This document shows, piece by piece, positions 8,763 to 17,965 of a DNA stretch of 64,000 nucleotides; the first letter of the stretch is position 1; each line of letters begins with the position of its first letter. The notes beneath the pieces were generated by a model. It was given only the letters and a program-made list of their open reading frames with translations. It was not told the DNA's origin and did no database searches. The position numbers and the translations under genes were made by a program. The stretch is from Phycisphaerales bacterium (lineage in GTDB: Bacteria; Planctomycetota; Phycisphaerae; Phycisphaerales; UBA1924), in NCBI GenBank assembly GCA_022843045.1, contig JALHOJ010000001.1, positions 55,585 to 119,584 on the forward strand, given 5' to 3'.

Positions 8763-9098
8763 TCAGCCTTCGACGTCGATGGTCCGGCCTGGCCAAGCGT
8801 TCATCGCCACGCCGGTCGCCGCGCTGTTCTTGTCGGCGGGGTGGCGATACATCGCGATCGCAGCGCTGGGGCGGGGCGAGGCATCAGCGCCAAAGTCCAC
8901 GCCCCCAGGCACGGTCGCGGCCACCAACTGGCTCACGATGCGAGCGCGAGCGGGGCTCGCCTGCGCGGCTTGCTGTGCGGGGACGCTTTGCGTCGCGGGC
9001 TGGGCGGTGGGCTGGTTGGATCGGGGTTGCCCATACGCGCGAGCGGCTTGGGCGGCCTGCATCCGTGAAACGGCGGATTGAAAGTTGATCGCGTCCAT
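8763..9098 (-). CDS. hypothetical protein (Ala/Gln/Pro-rich)
   Basis: This is the C-terminal 111 codons of a 327-codon ORF, starting at ATG 9098. No Shine-Dalgarno sequence and no family recognised. Coding status is uncertain. Confidence 0.35.
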   Translation of the reverse strand: MDAINFQSAVSRMQAAQAARAYGQPRSNQPTAQPATQSVPAQQAAQASPARARIVSQLVAATVPGGVDFGADASPRPSAAIAMYRHPADKNSAATGVAMNAWPGRTIDVEG

Positions 9099-9318
9099 GC
9101 GAGGCCACAGCATACCGCGCGACCGCCCGCTGCCCAACGGATTCATGAGAATTTCAGAGCCGAGCGGCGGTTGTCCACGACTGATCCACAAGCACCCGGG
9201 CGCGAACGTGAAAGAAAGCGCGGCGGCTGCGCTGTTGTTCGGCGAACGGTCGGGCGGTCGCCTCAGAGCAGTACAACCGACTCGTAGCAAGTCCAGAACT
9301 GGGGTTGAGCGCCGAGCT

Positions 9319-9588
9319 TCAGCGTCGCCCCAGTTTGGCCACCACCTCGGCCAGCGCCTTGGCATCCCGCGCGTCACACACCTTGGCCACCGTTGCCGGC
9401 TCGATCTTGCTCTTCGTGAGATAGTCGCGGGCGGACTTCCAGAGTTTGTCCTTGTCTTTTTCGGTGGTGGCCAGCGCGACGCTGCCGACCAACTCGCCCA
9501 GCTTGGAGAGATAGATCGTGTCCTGGTGCTCGTAGTAGCGGTTGACGATGCCGCGTTGATAGGTGGAGAGGTTGGGCTGCTTGGCCAT
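9319..9588 (-). CDS. small hypothetical protein (89 aa, Lys/Glu-rich helical)
   Basis: MAKQPNLSTYQRGIVNRYYEHQDTIYLSKLGE... starts at ATG 9588. The composition is protein-like, whereas the 440 codons upstream in the same ORF are Arg/Pro/Ala-rich and not protein-like. Confidence 0.55.
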   Translation of the reverse strand: MAKQPNLSTYQRGIVNRYYEHQDTIYLSKLGELVGSVALATTEKDKDKLWKSARDYLTKSKIEPATVAKVCDARDAKALAEVVAKLGRR

Positions 9589-9621
9589 GGGGCAGGGTAG
9601 AAGGGCCAATATGCTTGGCGG

Positions 9622-10473
9622 ATGGGCCACTCGCTTGAGCACTTGTATGGCGACCCGCACGTGTACGACGTGCTGCACGATGAGGACACGCTCGCGGACA
9701 CGCGGGTCTTCGTGCGGCTCGCGAAGCGGCACGTGCCCGGCCTCACGGCGAAGTTGCCGCGGCCGATCCGATTCCTCGAGCCCGCGTGCGGCAGTGGGCG
9801 GTTCCTTCACGCTCTGGGCAAGCTGGGCCACGTCGGCGTGGGCATCGATCTGAGCGAGCCGATGCTCGCGTACGCGCGAGCGCGGGCGCGCACGCTGGGC
9901 GTTACCAAGTTCGTCAAAACCATCCACGCACCGATGCAGCGATTCGCGTCCCGCATCGTCTGCGACGCGGCGTTCAATCCCATCAACAGCATCCGTCACC
10001 TTGGCAGCGACGCAGCGATGATCGCACACCTGCGGTGCGTTCGCCGGGCTCTGCGCGAGGACGGCGTGTACATCGTCGGCCTCTCGCTCGCGGCGTACGG
10101 CCTCGAAAGTCCCAGCGAGGACGTGTGGGTGGGGCGGCGCGATGGGATCAAGGTGACGCAGGTGGTGCAGTTTGAGCCGCCCGAGCCGCCCTCGAAGCCG
10201 CCCGCGAATCGACGCGAACGCGTGATCAGCCATCTGACCATCGAGGATTCGCCCAGGCGCACGCCCTCGCGCGAAGTGGTGCATCGGGATAGCCGGTATT
10301 GGCTCCGCACGTTCAACCGTGCGGAGTGGCTGGCGATTGTCGCTCGCGCTGGATGGCGGGTGGCGGCGACCTACTCCAACGCAGGCGAACCGCGCGAGGC
10401 TCGCGAGCCGGGATACTACTTGTTCGTGCTCGCGCATAACGCGCCAGAGCCAACCAGGGGCACGCGCGGATGA
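9622..10473 (+). CDS. class I SAM-dependent methyltransferase
   Basis: SAM-binding motif I FLEPACGSGRFL followed by GIDLS. ATG at 9622. The stop overlaps the next start as ATGA. Confidence 0.8.
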   Translation: MGHSLEHLYGDPHVYDVLHDEDTLADTRVFVRLAKRHVPGLTAKLPRPIRFLEPACGSGRFLHALGKLGHVGVGIDLSEPMLAYARARARTLGVTKFVKTIHAPMQRFASRIVCDAAFNPINSIRHLGSDAAMIAHLRCVRRALREDGVYIVGLSLAAYGLESPSEDVWVGRRDGIKVTQVVQFEPPEPPSKPPANRRERVISHLTIEDSPRRTPSREVVHRDSRYWLRTFNRAEWLAIVARAGWRVAATYSNAGEPREAREPGYYLFVLAHNAPEPTRGTRG

Positions 10474-12179
10474 AGCTGCTGCGAGCCATGTGCGTGCTGG
10501 TCGTGCTCGCGTTGGTGTTGCCGCCCTGCGTGGGCGTCGTGGGCGCGTTGGCCGACGCGCTGCGAACGGGAGGCGTGCATCTGACGGACCTTCTGCCGCG
10601 ATGGGGGCTGCTCTTCGCGTCGATCGCGTGGGCGGTGGGCATCGCGGTGCTGGCGACGATGCTGGGCTGGCTCGCGGCGTGGTGCGTGCGACGGCATGGA
10701 GCGCTGCTCGCGGGGGTGTTTGCTGCGCCGCTGCTGTGTCCGTCGTATCTCGCGTATCACAGCATGGGACTGCATCGCGCGCCGCTGACAAAGCTGGGCG
10801 ACGTGATCGAACGGATCGCGCAGCCGGAAGCGATGGGCGGGCTGGGCTGGGAGGCGCTGCCCGTGCTGGTGGGGCGCGGGCTGGCGGTGGTGGGGCTCGC
10901 GCTGTGGGCGTGGCCAATCGCGATGCTGGTGCTGGCGCCCGCCGTGATGCGGATCGACGGAGCGATGCTCGACGCGGCCCGCGGCGCGGGCGCGGGAAGG
11001 TGGCGAGTGCAGCGGATGGTGCTGGGCCTGTGCGGCTCGTGGCATGGGCCGATCGTGCGGAGCATCGCGCTCGTCACGCTCGTGATGCTCGGCAGCGCGG
11101 TGCCGCTGCACCTGGCGCAGGCGCCCTCCTACGCGATCGTCGCGTGGCAGTCGATCGTGCTCACGCCCGCTTCGATGACGCCCTGGGTCTCGAGTTGGCC
11201 GCTGCTCGTGATGGTGGTGGGGTTGGGCGCGTGGCTCGCGCTCGCACACTCGCGAGCGCGCAAAGAGCAACTTGCAAGCGCCCGAACCAACGAGCAGCCG
11301 TCGCACCCCGCGTCATGGTTCGTCGCGCGAAGCGCGCGCCTGTCGTGGAGCAATGTCTTCGCCCTCACGCTTCTGGGCGTGTCGCTGCTGCTGCCGCTCG
11401 TGTCGTATGCGATCAGCCTGCAACGCTGGTCAAGCGTGACGAACTTCTGGCGGGTATCGCAGGAGGCGATTGCCGCGAGCGCGGGCGTGGCGGCTGTGGT
11501 GGGGGGGATCAGCGCGCTCGTGATGGTCGTCGCATGGATGGTTGCGGGAAACAGCGATCCCGCGATGCATCGACACAGCGATGCAAGTCCGTCCTGGTTC
11601 GAGCGCGTCTTCGGACCACGACGTGGCTTGATCGGTGTACCGCTGTATCGGAGTATCGCTGTCCTCCTCGCCCTTCCCGCCCTCCTCCCTGGCATCATGA
11701 CCGGCCACGCTTGGAGCCTCGCGAGCATCCTCGCCGAGCGCACGTTGGGCGAACCCGGCGCGTGGGTGCGCGACTCCTGGCTGCCGCAGATCCTCGCCCA
11801 CGTCTCGCGGTTCGCCCTGCTCGCCGTGCTGCTGGGCGTATGGATGAGCGCGAGCGAAGAACCCTCGCTGCGCGACGCACGCCTGCTCGCGGGCGGCGGG
11901 CCGCTCGGACGCCTGCGGGGATGGGTGCGGACGGAACTCCGCCGAGGCTGGGGCGTGATCGTGGGTGTCGCGCTCGCGATGGCCTGTCTCTCCCTGCACG
12001 AAGTCGAATCCAGCATCGTGCTCCAGCCTGCGGGATCCAGCAGCCTCGCCCAGGTGCTGCTCACGCAACTGCACTTTGCCAGGCAGGAGGAGATCGCCGC
12101 GGCCGCGATCCTCGTGCTGACACCCGCGGCGGGGATCGCGCTGCTGGCGGGCGTGCTGCTGGCAAGGCGTCGCGGGTGA
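10470..12179 (+). CDS. ABC transporter permease with two fused transmembrane domains (FbpB/ThiP-like architecture)
   Basis: About 12 hydrophobic segments. Two EAA-loop-like motifs are present (IDGAMLDAARGAGAGRWRVQRMVLGL and EEPSLRDARLLAGGGPLGRLRGWV). Confidence 0.6.
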   Translation: MKLLRAMCVLVVLALVLPPCVGVVGALADALRTGGVHLTDLLPRWGLLFASIAWAVGIAVLATMLGWLAAWCVRRHGALLAGVFAAPLLCPSYLAYHSMGLHRAPLTKLGDVIERIAQPEAMGGLGWEALPVLVGRGLAVVGLALWAWPIAMLVLAPAVMRIDGAMLDAARGAGAGRWRVQRMVLGLCGSWHGPIVRSIALVTLVMLGSAVPLHLAQAPSYAIVAWQSIVLTPASMTPWVSSWPLLVMVVGLGAWLALAHSRARKEQLASARTNEQPSHPASWFVARSARLSWSNVFALTLLGVSLLLPLVSYAISLQRWSSVTNFWRVSQEAIAASAGVAAVVGGISALVMVVAWMVAGNSDPAMHRHSDASPSWFERVFGPRRGLIGVPLYRSIAVLLALPALLPGIMTGHAWSLASILAERTLGEPGAWVRDSWLPQILAHVSRFALLAVLLGVWMSASEEPSLRDARLLAGGGPLGRLRGWVRTELRRGWGVIVGVALAMACLSLHEVESSIVLQPAGSSSLAQVLLTQLHFARQEEIAAAAILVLTPAAGIALLAGVLLARRRG

Positions 12180-12227
12180 TCGCGGTGTGATGTTGTGCGT
12201 GGCCCGCTCGCGGTTCTACTCTCACGC

Positions 12228-13739
12228 ATGGCAGCCCAACGCGCGTTCCAACGTTGCATCTACGCCCCCTGCGGCAAGACCTTCCCCGTGGATAGCACGC
12301 TGGTCGCGTGCCCCGCTTGTGGCAATCTGCTCGACGTCGACTACGACTGGACCGCGATCCACCCAAGACCTCTGTCCTGGGATCAATTCGAGCAGCGCAG
12401 CCTGACCAAGGGCGAGCGCGTCGCGGCGGGTCGAAACCCCGCAACGCCCGCGATGCTCGACTTCTCCGGTGTCTGGCGCTTTCGTGATCTGCTGCCCTTC
12501 TACCGCGACGAGCGCGAGATCGTGACTATCGGCGAAGGCCGCACCAACCTCCAACGCGCCGACCTGCTCGCCAAGCACATCGGGCTTGATTCCAAGTCCC
12601 CGCGAGGCGGGCTGTACCTGCAGTACGAAGGCTTCAACCCCTCCGGCTCCTTCAAGGACAACGGCATGACCGCGGGCTTCACGCACGCGAACATGGTCGG
12701 CGCAACCCGAGTCGCCTGCGCAAGCACCGGCAACACCAGCGCCGCCCTCGCCGTCTACGGCACCATGACGGGCACCAAAGTCTTCGTCTTCATCGGCGAC
12801 GGCAAGATCGCGTACGGCAAACTCAGCCAGGCGCTCGACTACGGCGCGACAACGCTGCAGATCGCGGGCGACTTCGACGCGTGCCTTGCCCGCATCCGCC
12901 ACATCGCCGAACACATGCCGCAAGTCGGCGTGTACCTGATGAACAGCGTCAATCCGTTCCGACTCGAGGGACAGAAGACCATCATGTGCCGGATTCTCGA
13001 GGGGCTGGATTGGCAGGTGCCCGACTGGATCATCGTCCCAGGCGGCAACCTCGGCAACTGCAGTGCGTTTGGCAAGGCATTCATGGAAATGAAAGCGCTG
13101 GGTCTGGTCGATCGCGTGCCGCGCCTCGCGGTGATTCAGGCGAAGGGGTCGAGAACGCTGGACAGAATCGTGAATGACCTGGGTGTGCGCTGGAAACCAA
13201 GCGAGCAACCAAGCGAAGGAGCCGGACTCTCGTCCCTTCGCGGCACATGGGACGTCCAAACCGTCGACCGCGAGTACGCCCGCATGGACGCCGCCAACGA
13301 GCGAGCCAAGACGGTCGCGACAGCCATTGAAATCAATCGCCCCGTCAACCTCCCCAAAGCCCTCCGCGCGCTCCACACGATGAACGGCGTCGTCCGCCAC
13401 GTCGACGACCACTGCATCGTCGAGCACAAGGCCATGGTCGGCAAGTTCGGCTTCGGCTGCGAACCCGCCAGCGCTGCGAGCGTCGCCGGCGCCCACATCC
13501 TCCGCCGCGAAGGCGTCATCAAGCCCGACGAACGTGTGGTGTGCGTGCTCACCGGCCACCAACTCAAGGACCCCGACGTCACCGTCGGCTACCACACCGG
13601 CCGAAAGACCAAGAGCGACGACGCCGGGAGCAAGGGTGGCTCAAAGGGCGACATCTCAATCGCGCTGGGACGACTCGCAAACAAGCCGATCCGCGTCGCG
13701 GACGATCTGGACGCGATTCTGAAGGCGATGGGGGTCTGA
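12228..13739 (+). CDS. thrC: threonine synthase (long form with N-terminal zinc ribbon)
   Basis: CxxC...CPACG zinc ribbon and PLP-lysine motif [10 protein letters not shown], with full-length ThrC resemblance. ATG 12228 lies inside track ORF 12195..13739. Confidence 0.9.
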   Translation: MAAQRAFQRCIYAPCGKTFPVDSTLVACPACGNLLDVDYDWTAIHPRPLSWDQFEQRSLTKGERVAAGRNPATPAMLDFSGVWRFRDLLPFYRDEREIVTIGEGRTNLQRADLLAKHIGLDSKSPRGGLYLQYEGFNPSGSFKDNGMTAGFTHANMVGATRVACASTGNTSAALAVYGTMTGTKVFVFIGDGKIAYGKLSQALDYGATTLQIAGDFDACLARIRHIAEHMPQVGVYLMNSVNPFRLEGQKTIMCRILEGLDWQVPDWIIVPGGNLGNCSAFGKAFMEMKALGLVDRVPRLAVIQAKGSRTLDRIVNDLGVRWKPSEQPSEGAGLSSLRGTWDVQTVDREYARMDAANERAKTVATAIEINRPVNLPKALRALHTMNGVVRHVDDHCIVEHKAMVGKFGFGCEPASAASVAGAHILRREGVIKPDERVVCVLTGHQLKDPDVTVGYHTGRKTKSDDAGSKGGSKGDISIALGRLANKPIRVADDLDAILKAMGV

Positions 13740-13743
13740 AAGT

Positions 13744-13819
13744 AGAGCGACAGTGTGAACGGCGGCCGCGCGAGACTGTCGCTCCATCGCTCTGTCGCTC
13801 TTTCCTTCGCTTCGTTCAC
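13744..13819. repeat. intergenic inverted repeats between convergent thrC and the redoxin gene
   Basis: GAGCGACAGT (13745-13754) is complementary to ACTGTCGCTC (13775-13784) and to CTGTCGCTCT (13792-13801). GTGAAC (13755-13760) pairs with GTTCAC (13814-13819). The right side is pyrimidine-rich. Confidence 0.6.
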
Positions 13820-14874
13820 TTCGCCGCGAGCTGCGCCTCGATCAGCTTCGTGAACTGGTCTTCGACGTGCTTGACCACGTCGTCCATCTTGGGATTCTGC
13901 ACGCCCGGGGGCGTGGAGAGGCCCATCGCGCCCCAGACGATGTTGCCTTGCTTGTCGATGACGTAAAAAGTCGGAATCGCCTGCGCGCGATAGGTCCGAG
14001 CGATGCTGTCGGCGTTGAGCAGGCCCAGGTACGTGTAGCCGTTGTCCTTCTTGAACTTCGTCGGATCGCCCGGCCGCCCCAATTGCGCCGCAAGGCCGAT
14101 CACGACCACGTCCTTGTCTTTGAACTTTTCGTGGACCCGCTGCACCGCGGGCATGCTGGCTCTGCAAGGCGGGCACCACGTTGCCCAGAAGTCCAGTAGC
14201 ACGACCTTGCCCCTGAAGTCGCTCAGCTTGACGGTGTTGCCTTCGCTGTCCTTCAGCGAAAACGCCGGGGCTTGCGTGCCGGGCTTCAGTAGTTTGCCGT
14301 CGTGCTGCCAAGTCACTCCTTGCACAGCCTTGCCCGCGAGGGCGTCGGCGGCCTGGTCCTGCTTGCCGGATTGGGCAGAGCGGGTGAGGCGTGCAGGCCG
14401 GATGGGGAAGCCATCGGGGGCTTCGAGTGCGAAGGTAGCGTTCTCTGCCTTGTCGTCGGTCTTGAGATTGCGCAGTTCGAGGATCGCGCCGCGCACCGGG
14501 TTGTTGTCGGCCTCAACGTGCAGCACTTCAATCCGCCTGGGCAGCTTGTCCTCGCGACCTATAAAGACCCGCCGCAGCACCGACGTGGGCTCGCGCTCAT
14601 TGCGAGGCATCGCAAACGTGACAGGGTCGCAGATCACGCCATCAATCGTGCGTGACGCCTCCAGCGCGGTGGGGTTCTTGAAGAACTCAGAGCCAAAGGC
14701 CTTGTCGGCCATGCTGAGGTCCCACGCCACGGCGTTGCTCGCGTCCTTCGCAAAGTTCTCAAAGAACGCAAAGACCCCGCCCCGATCCTTGTCCGCCCGC
14801 TCCAGCACCACGCGCGCGTCGGTGTCGATGCTCCGGCTCGTGATCCCGTCGTTGGCCGTCTCAAACGACCGCAC
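13816..14874 (-). CDS. TlpA/ResA-like thiol-disulfide oxidoreductase fused to a LolA-like N-terminal domain (C-terminal reading frame)
   Basis: Thioredoxin motif LLDFWATWCPPCRASMP. This frame stays open without a start codon upstream to at least nt 15078, and sensible sequence (IDASSWKLYAKG) begins near 14950. Confidence 0.85.
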   Translation of the reverse strand: MRSFETANDGITSRSIDTDARVVLERADKDRGGVFAFFENFAKDASNAVAWDLSMADKAFGSEFFKNPTALEASRTIDGVICDPVTFAMPRNEREPTSVLRRVFIGREDKLPRRIEVLHVEADNNPVRGAILELRNLKTDDKAENATFALEAPDGFPIRPARLTRSAQSGKQDQAADALAGKAVQGVTWQHDGKLLKPGTQAPAFSLKDSEGNTVKLSDFRGKVVLLDFWATWCPPCRASMPAVQRVHEKFKDKDVVVIGLAAQLGRPGDPTKFKKDNGYTYLGLLNADSIARTYRAQAIPTFYVIDKQGNIVWGAMGLSTPPGVQNPKMDDVVKHVEDQFTKLIEAQLAAK

Positions 14875-14949
14875 AATCTGCTTGCCATCCTCGTTGGTCG
14901 TGTGCGTGCCTTTGGCGTACAGCTTCCAACTGCTCGCGTCGATCTCGCG

Positions 14950-15245
14950 CCCACGACCGTCGCAGTAGTGCTCCCGGCGGGACTGACAAACTGCACATTC
15001 GCGGTGTAGCTGAACCCCTTGAGCTTCGCGATGGCCTTCTGCATGTCGGCGAGCAGTTCGCGGGCCCGCTGCAACTGGGCCTGGTTGTCGGGCTTGGCGG
15101 GTTGGCTCGCCGCAGTCTTCGCGCCCGCTTGTGCCAGCGCGAGCGCGGGGAGCAGGGTGCTCGTACCGATGACTGCGCCGGCAAGCAGCAGAAGGCGAGC
15201 ACGAATTTGGAACGGGCCGGTCGGCCTGGTTGTTGGTCGCGTCAT
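14950..15245 (-). pseudogene. probable 5' part of the same redoxin gene in a different frame (signal peptide plus start of the LolA-like domain)
   Basis: ATG 15245 gives MTRPTTRPTGPFQIRARLLLLAGAVIGTSTLLPALALAQ...KLKGFSYTANVQFVSPAG. That frame then becomes Arg/Thr-rich and unprotein-like, while the downstream frame becomes protein-like. Confidence 0.45.
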
Positions 15246-15599
15246 GGCTGCAATCCCACTACCCCATGCCGCACCCATCCCTCAAACGACGCAGGAAGTG
15301 GTGCTAGGGCATTGTTCCCTGCTCCGGGGGCGGCGTTACCGGCTCAGGCGACGCGGAGCGCGCGGTGCTTTCGCTCAGAAGTGCCCGACGGGTGGGAACT
15401 TGGGCAATCTTGAGGTCGTCCGCGAACGGTGAGAGTCACCCCGGATCCACCGCAATCGCAGGAGTCCTGTTCTGGAATCTTGGCGCGATGCTGCAAGGAA
15501 CCGGCAGGGTCGGGCAAGTCTCTCCAGAGAGACATCCGACCACTGCCGCGGCCTGTACGCCGCCCGTTGCGCCGGAAACATGCAGATAGGAGACAAGAC

Positions 15600-16604
15600 A
15601 TGCGTTCCTTCATGAATCACAGTGCTGGTCGGCGGTTGGTGGGCCTCATGCTCGTCGCGGCCAGCGGCTCCGCCGCATCCGCCCACTTGGGCAGCTTTGG
15701 ACCCAACGAGGGGTACAACCTCTCCATGTTCGTGGGTAGCAACAACTGGTGCGACGTGACGTACTACAACGCGGGCCAGTACGGCCCCGCGTCCGGCGGC
15801 GGCTCCGCCACCGCGATCGCCCCCGACAGCGGCCTCTGGAAGCTCCGCAGCCAGAACGGCGCGTTCTTCGGCAACAACGCGGCTCGCAACGCCATGGTCG
15901 GCACCGCGCCGCCCTACTCCGCGGCCCCGCTTGTGGGCGGCACAGTTTCGTACATCGTCGGCGCGCACTTCAGCGGTCGCAACAACGACGGGTACAACCT
16001 CGCCCTCCGCAACGACAACCCCGCCGGCACAGGCGCGATCGTGTATGACTACTCGCTGGACACGTTTGACACGGGCGGCCCGGTCGCGGCTCTGCAGACC
16101 ACCGGCACGGTGACGTATCAGACCTACTTCATGACCGACCCCGACAGCCCGCCCAACCCGGATGGGACTTTCAGCGACAAGTTCCGCATGTCTTTCCTCG
16201 ACTCTTCGGGCAACATCGGCGCCGAGTGGGGCTACTCCCGCGACAACCAGGTCGCGTACCGCGACGGACCCAGCAGCGCGTGGACGTACACGACGTGGAA
16301 CGCCGGTCCTGCGAACTGGAACGGCATTCGCATGCATCTGGACTTGACCAGCGACACGTTCGGCTTCGACTACTACGACGAAGCCAGCAACACCTGGAAC
16401 CCGATCATCGCCGGCGCGTCGATGGGCACGTCCATGACCAACTTCACCACGATCCGCTGGCAGCTCGAAGACGCCGTGAACTTCGGCATCGGCGGCAAGA
16501 ACTTCTTCGACGATTCCAGCTTCACCGGCTTTGTCCCCGCGCCGGGCGTCGCCGGGCTGCTGCTGGGCGGTGTCGTGATGGCTGGCCGCCGTCGCCGCAA
16601 CTGA
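15600..16604 (+). CDS. secreted protein with PEP-CTERM-like (VPAPG-TM-RRRR) C-terminal sorting signal
   Basis: AGGAGA lies upstream of ATG 15600. Signal peptide, then a beta-rich body of unknown family. C-terminus is FVPAPGVAGLLLGGVVMAGRRRRN. Confidence 0.8.
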   Translation: MRSFMNHSAGRRLVGLMLVAASGSAASAHLGSFGPNEGYNLSMFVGSNNWCDVTYYNAGQYGPASGGGSATAIAPDSGLWKLRSQNGAFFGNNAARNAMVGTAPPYSAAPLVGGTVSYIVGAHFSGRNNDGYNLALRNDNPAGTGAIVYDYSLDTFDTGGPVAALQTTGTVTYQTYFMTDPDSPPNPDGTFSDKFRMSFLDSSGNIGAEWGYSRDNQVAYRDGPSSAWTYTTWNAGPANWNGIRMHLDLTSDTFGFDYYDEASNTWNPIIAGASMGTSMTNFTTIRWQLEDAVNFGIGGKNFFDDSSFTGFVPAPGVAGLLLGGVVMAGRRRRN

Positions 16605-16640
16605 TCTTCGGTCATCGCAGCACAAGGATCTCCTCAACTC

Positions 16641-16684
16641 AACGCCCGCCCCGGCACCATCCGGGGCGGGCGTTGCGATTTGCT
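16641..16684 (+). terminator. stem-loop terminator candidate
   Basis: Perfect 14-bp stem AACGCCCGCCCCGG / CCGGGGCGGGCGTT with a 6-nt loop, followed by a weak T-tract (GCGATTTGCTT). Confidence 0.6.
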
Positions 16685-16846
16685 TGGACAAGCCCAGAAA
16701 TCCGCCCAACCCAAAAACCAGCGGCCTGCGACCCGCGTTGAAGTCACGCCGGGGCACTCCTGCCTGACGGAGACAGAGCGAAGGTGGACGCGTGTTCCAC
16801 GGTTGGCTGCGGTGCGCCTGGCGTGCATTCACAAAGGAATCTGCTC

Positions 16847-17782
16847 ATGCTGCGCGAACGTTTCGCCGGTCGGTTGTCCATTGGTCTTCTCCTCCTTGCC
16901 GCGGGTTGCGGTGCGTCGCCCGTGCTCGCCCAGGAGACATTGCTGGGCGTCACGGTCGACGGGTCCGTCGTCACGTTTGACTCGCACAATCCGAGCGTGC
17001 TCTTCTCAAACGTGCCCATCACGGGCCTGAACGCGAACGATCGCGTGCTGGGCGTGGATTGGCGTCCCGCGACCAACTCGTTCGTCGCCATCGGCGAGAC
17101 CAGCCAGCTCTACACGCTCAATCCCGCAACGGGCGTCGCCACTCCCATCGGCACTGGCTTTGCGCCGGTGCTGGAGAACAGCCCATTCACTCGCTACGGC
17201 ATCGACATCAACCCGACGGTTGACCGCGTCCGCGTCGTGGGTGCGAACTCACAGAACCGCCGCCTGAACCCCGTCACCGGGGCCGCCGTGCAGGCCGACA
17301 CTGCTCTCGCGTTTAACCCCGCGCTCAATCTGTCGCTCGCGCCGCGGGCCGTCGGCACCGCGTACACCAACAGCGTCCCCGGCGCGCCTGCGGGCAGCAC
17401 CCGCCAGTTCATCCTCGACTCCTTCTACAACGTGCTGGGCGAAGTCGGATCGCAGGCGGGCGGTAATGCCAGCTTCAATGGTGGCGTCGTCAACTCGGCC
17501 CTCACGATCATGGCTGGTGGCAGCATCGTTGATTTTGGCGACAACGCCGGCTTTGACATCTCCGGCGTCACGGGCGTCGCGTACGCGTCGCTGGAACTGC
17601 AAAGCAGCCTGCCAGGCACGCCCACCGGCATCTACACGATCGACCTCGCCAGCGGCGCAGCGATCATGCGCGGCTCGACACCCACTGGCGTGGTGCTGCG
17701 GGACGTGACGGTCGTGCCCGCGCCGGGCGTGGCCGGCCTGCTCGCGGGCGGCGTGCTGCTCGCGGGTCGCCGGCGTCGCTGA
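16847..17782 (+). CDS. DUF4394 domain protein with PEP-CTERM-like C-terminal sorting signal
   Basis: Signal peptide or lipobox LLLAAGCG. DUF4394-like LLGVTVDGSVVTFDS...ITGLNANDRVLGVDWRPATNSFVAIGETSQLYTLNPATG. C-terminus is VVPAPGVAGLLAGGVLLAGRRRR. Confidence 0.8.
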   Translation: MLRERFAGRLSIGLLLLAAGCGASPVLAQETLLGVTVDGSVVTFDSHNPSVLFSNVPITGLNANDRVLGVDWRPATNSFVAIGETSQLYTLNPATGVATPIGTGFAPVLENSPFTRYGIDINPTVDRVRVVGANSQNRRLNPVTGAAVQADTALAFNPALNLSLAPRAVGTAYTNSVPGAPAGSTRQFILDSFYNVLGEVGSQAGGNASFNGGVVNSALTIMAGGSIVDFGDNAGFDISGVTGVAYASLELQSSLPGTPTGIYTIDLASGAAIMRGSTPTGVVLRDVTVVPAPGVAGLLAGGVLLAGRRRR

Positions 17783-17834
17783 TCGCGATGGAAAGACCAG
17801 CCAGGGAGGACGAAGCGAGAGAGATTGGAAGGCG

Positions 17835-17856
17835 AGGCCCGCGTGTGCGCGGGCCT
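17835..17856 (+). terminator. GC-rich hairpin downstream of the DUF4394 gene
   Basis: AGGCCCGCG-TGTG-CGCGGGCCT. There is no clear U-tract. Confidence 0.35.
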
Positions 17857-17965
17857 TGTCCCATGCGCGGCTTCAACGCCCCGCCGCCTGAAGCGGTGAT
17901 CACGAATCCAGTCATTCTGCGTACGCTGCGTCGCGCGGGGTGATCATCGTGATGACGAGGTTGGC

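Noticed and set aside
10319-12190. 623-codon top-strand ORF overlapping the methyltransferase end and the whole permease
   Set aside because: It is out of frame with the permease and extremely Arg/Ala/Gly-rich with no hydrophobic segments or motifs. The co-located frame 10470..12179 has a coherent multi-TM permease sequence.
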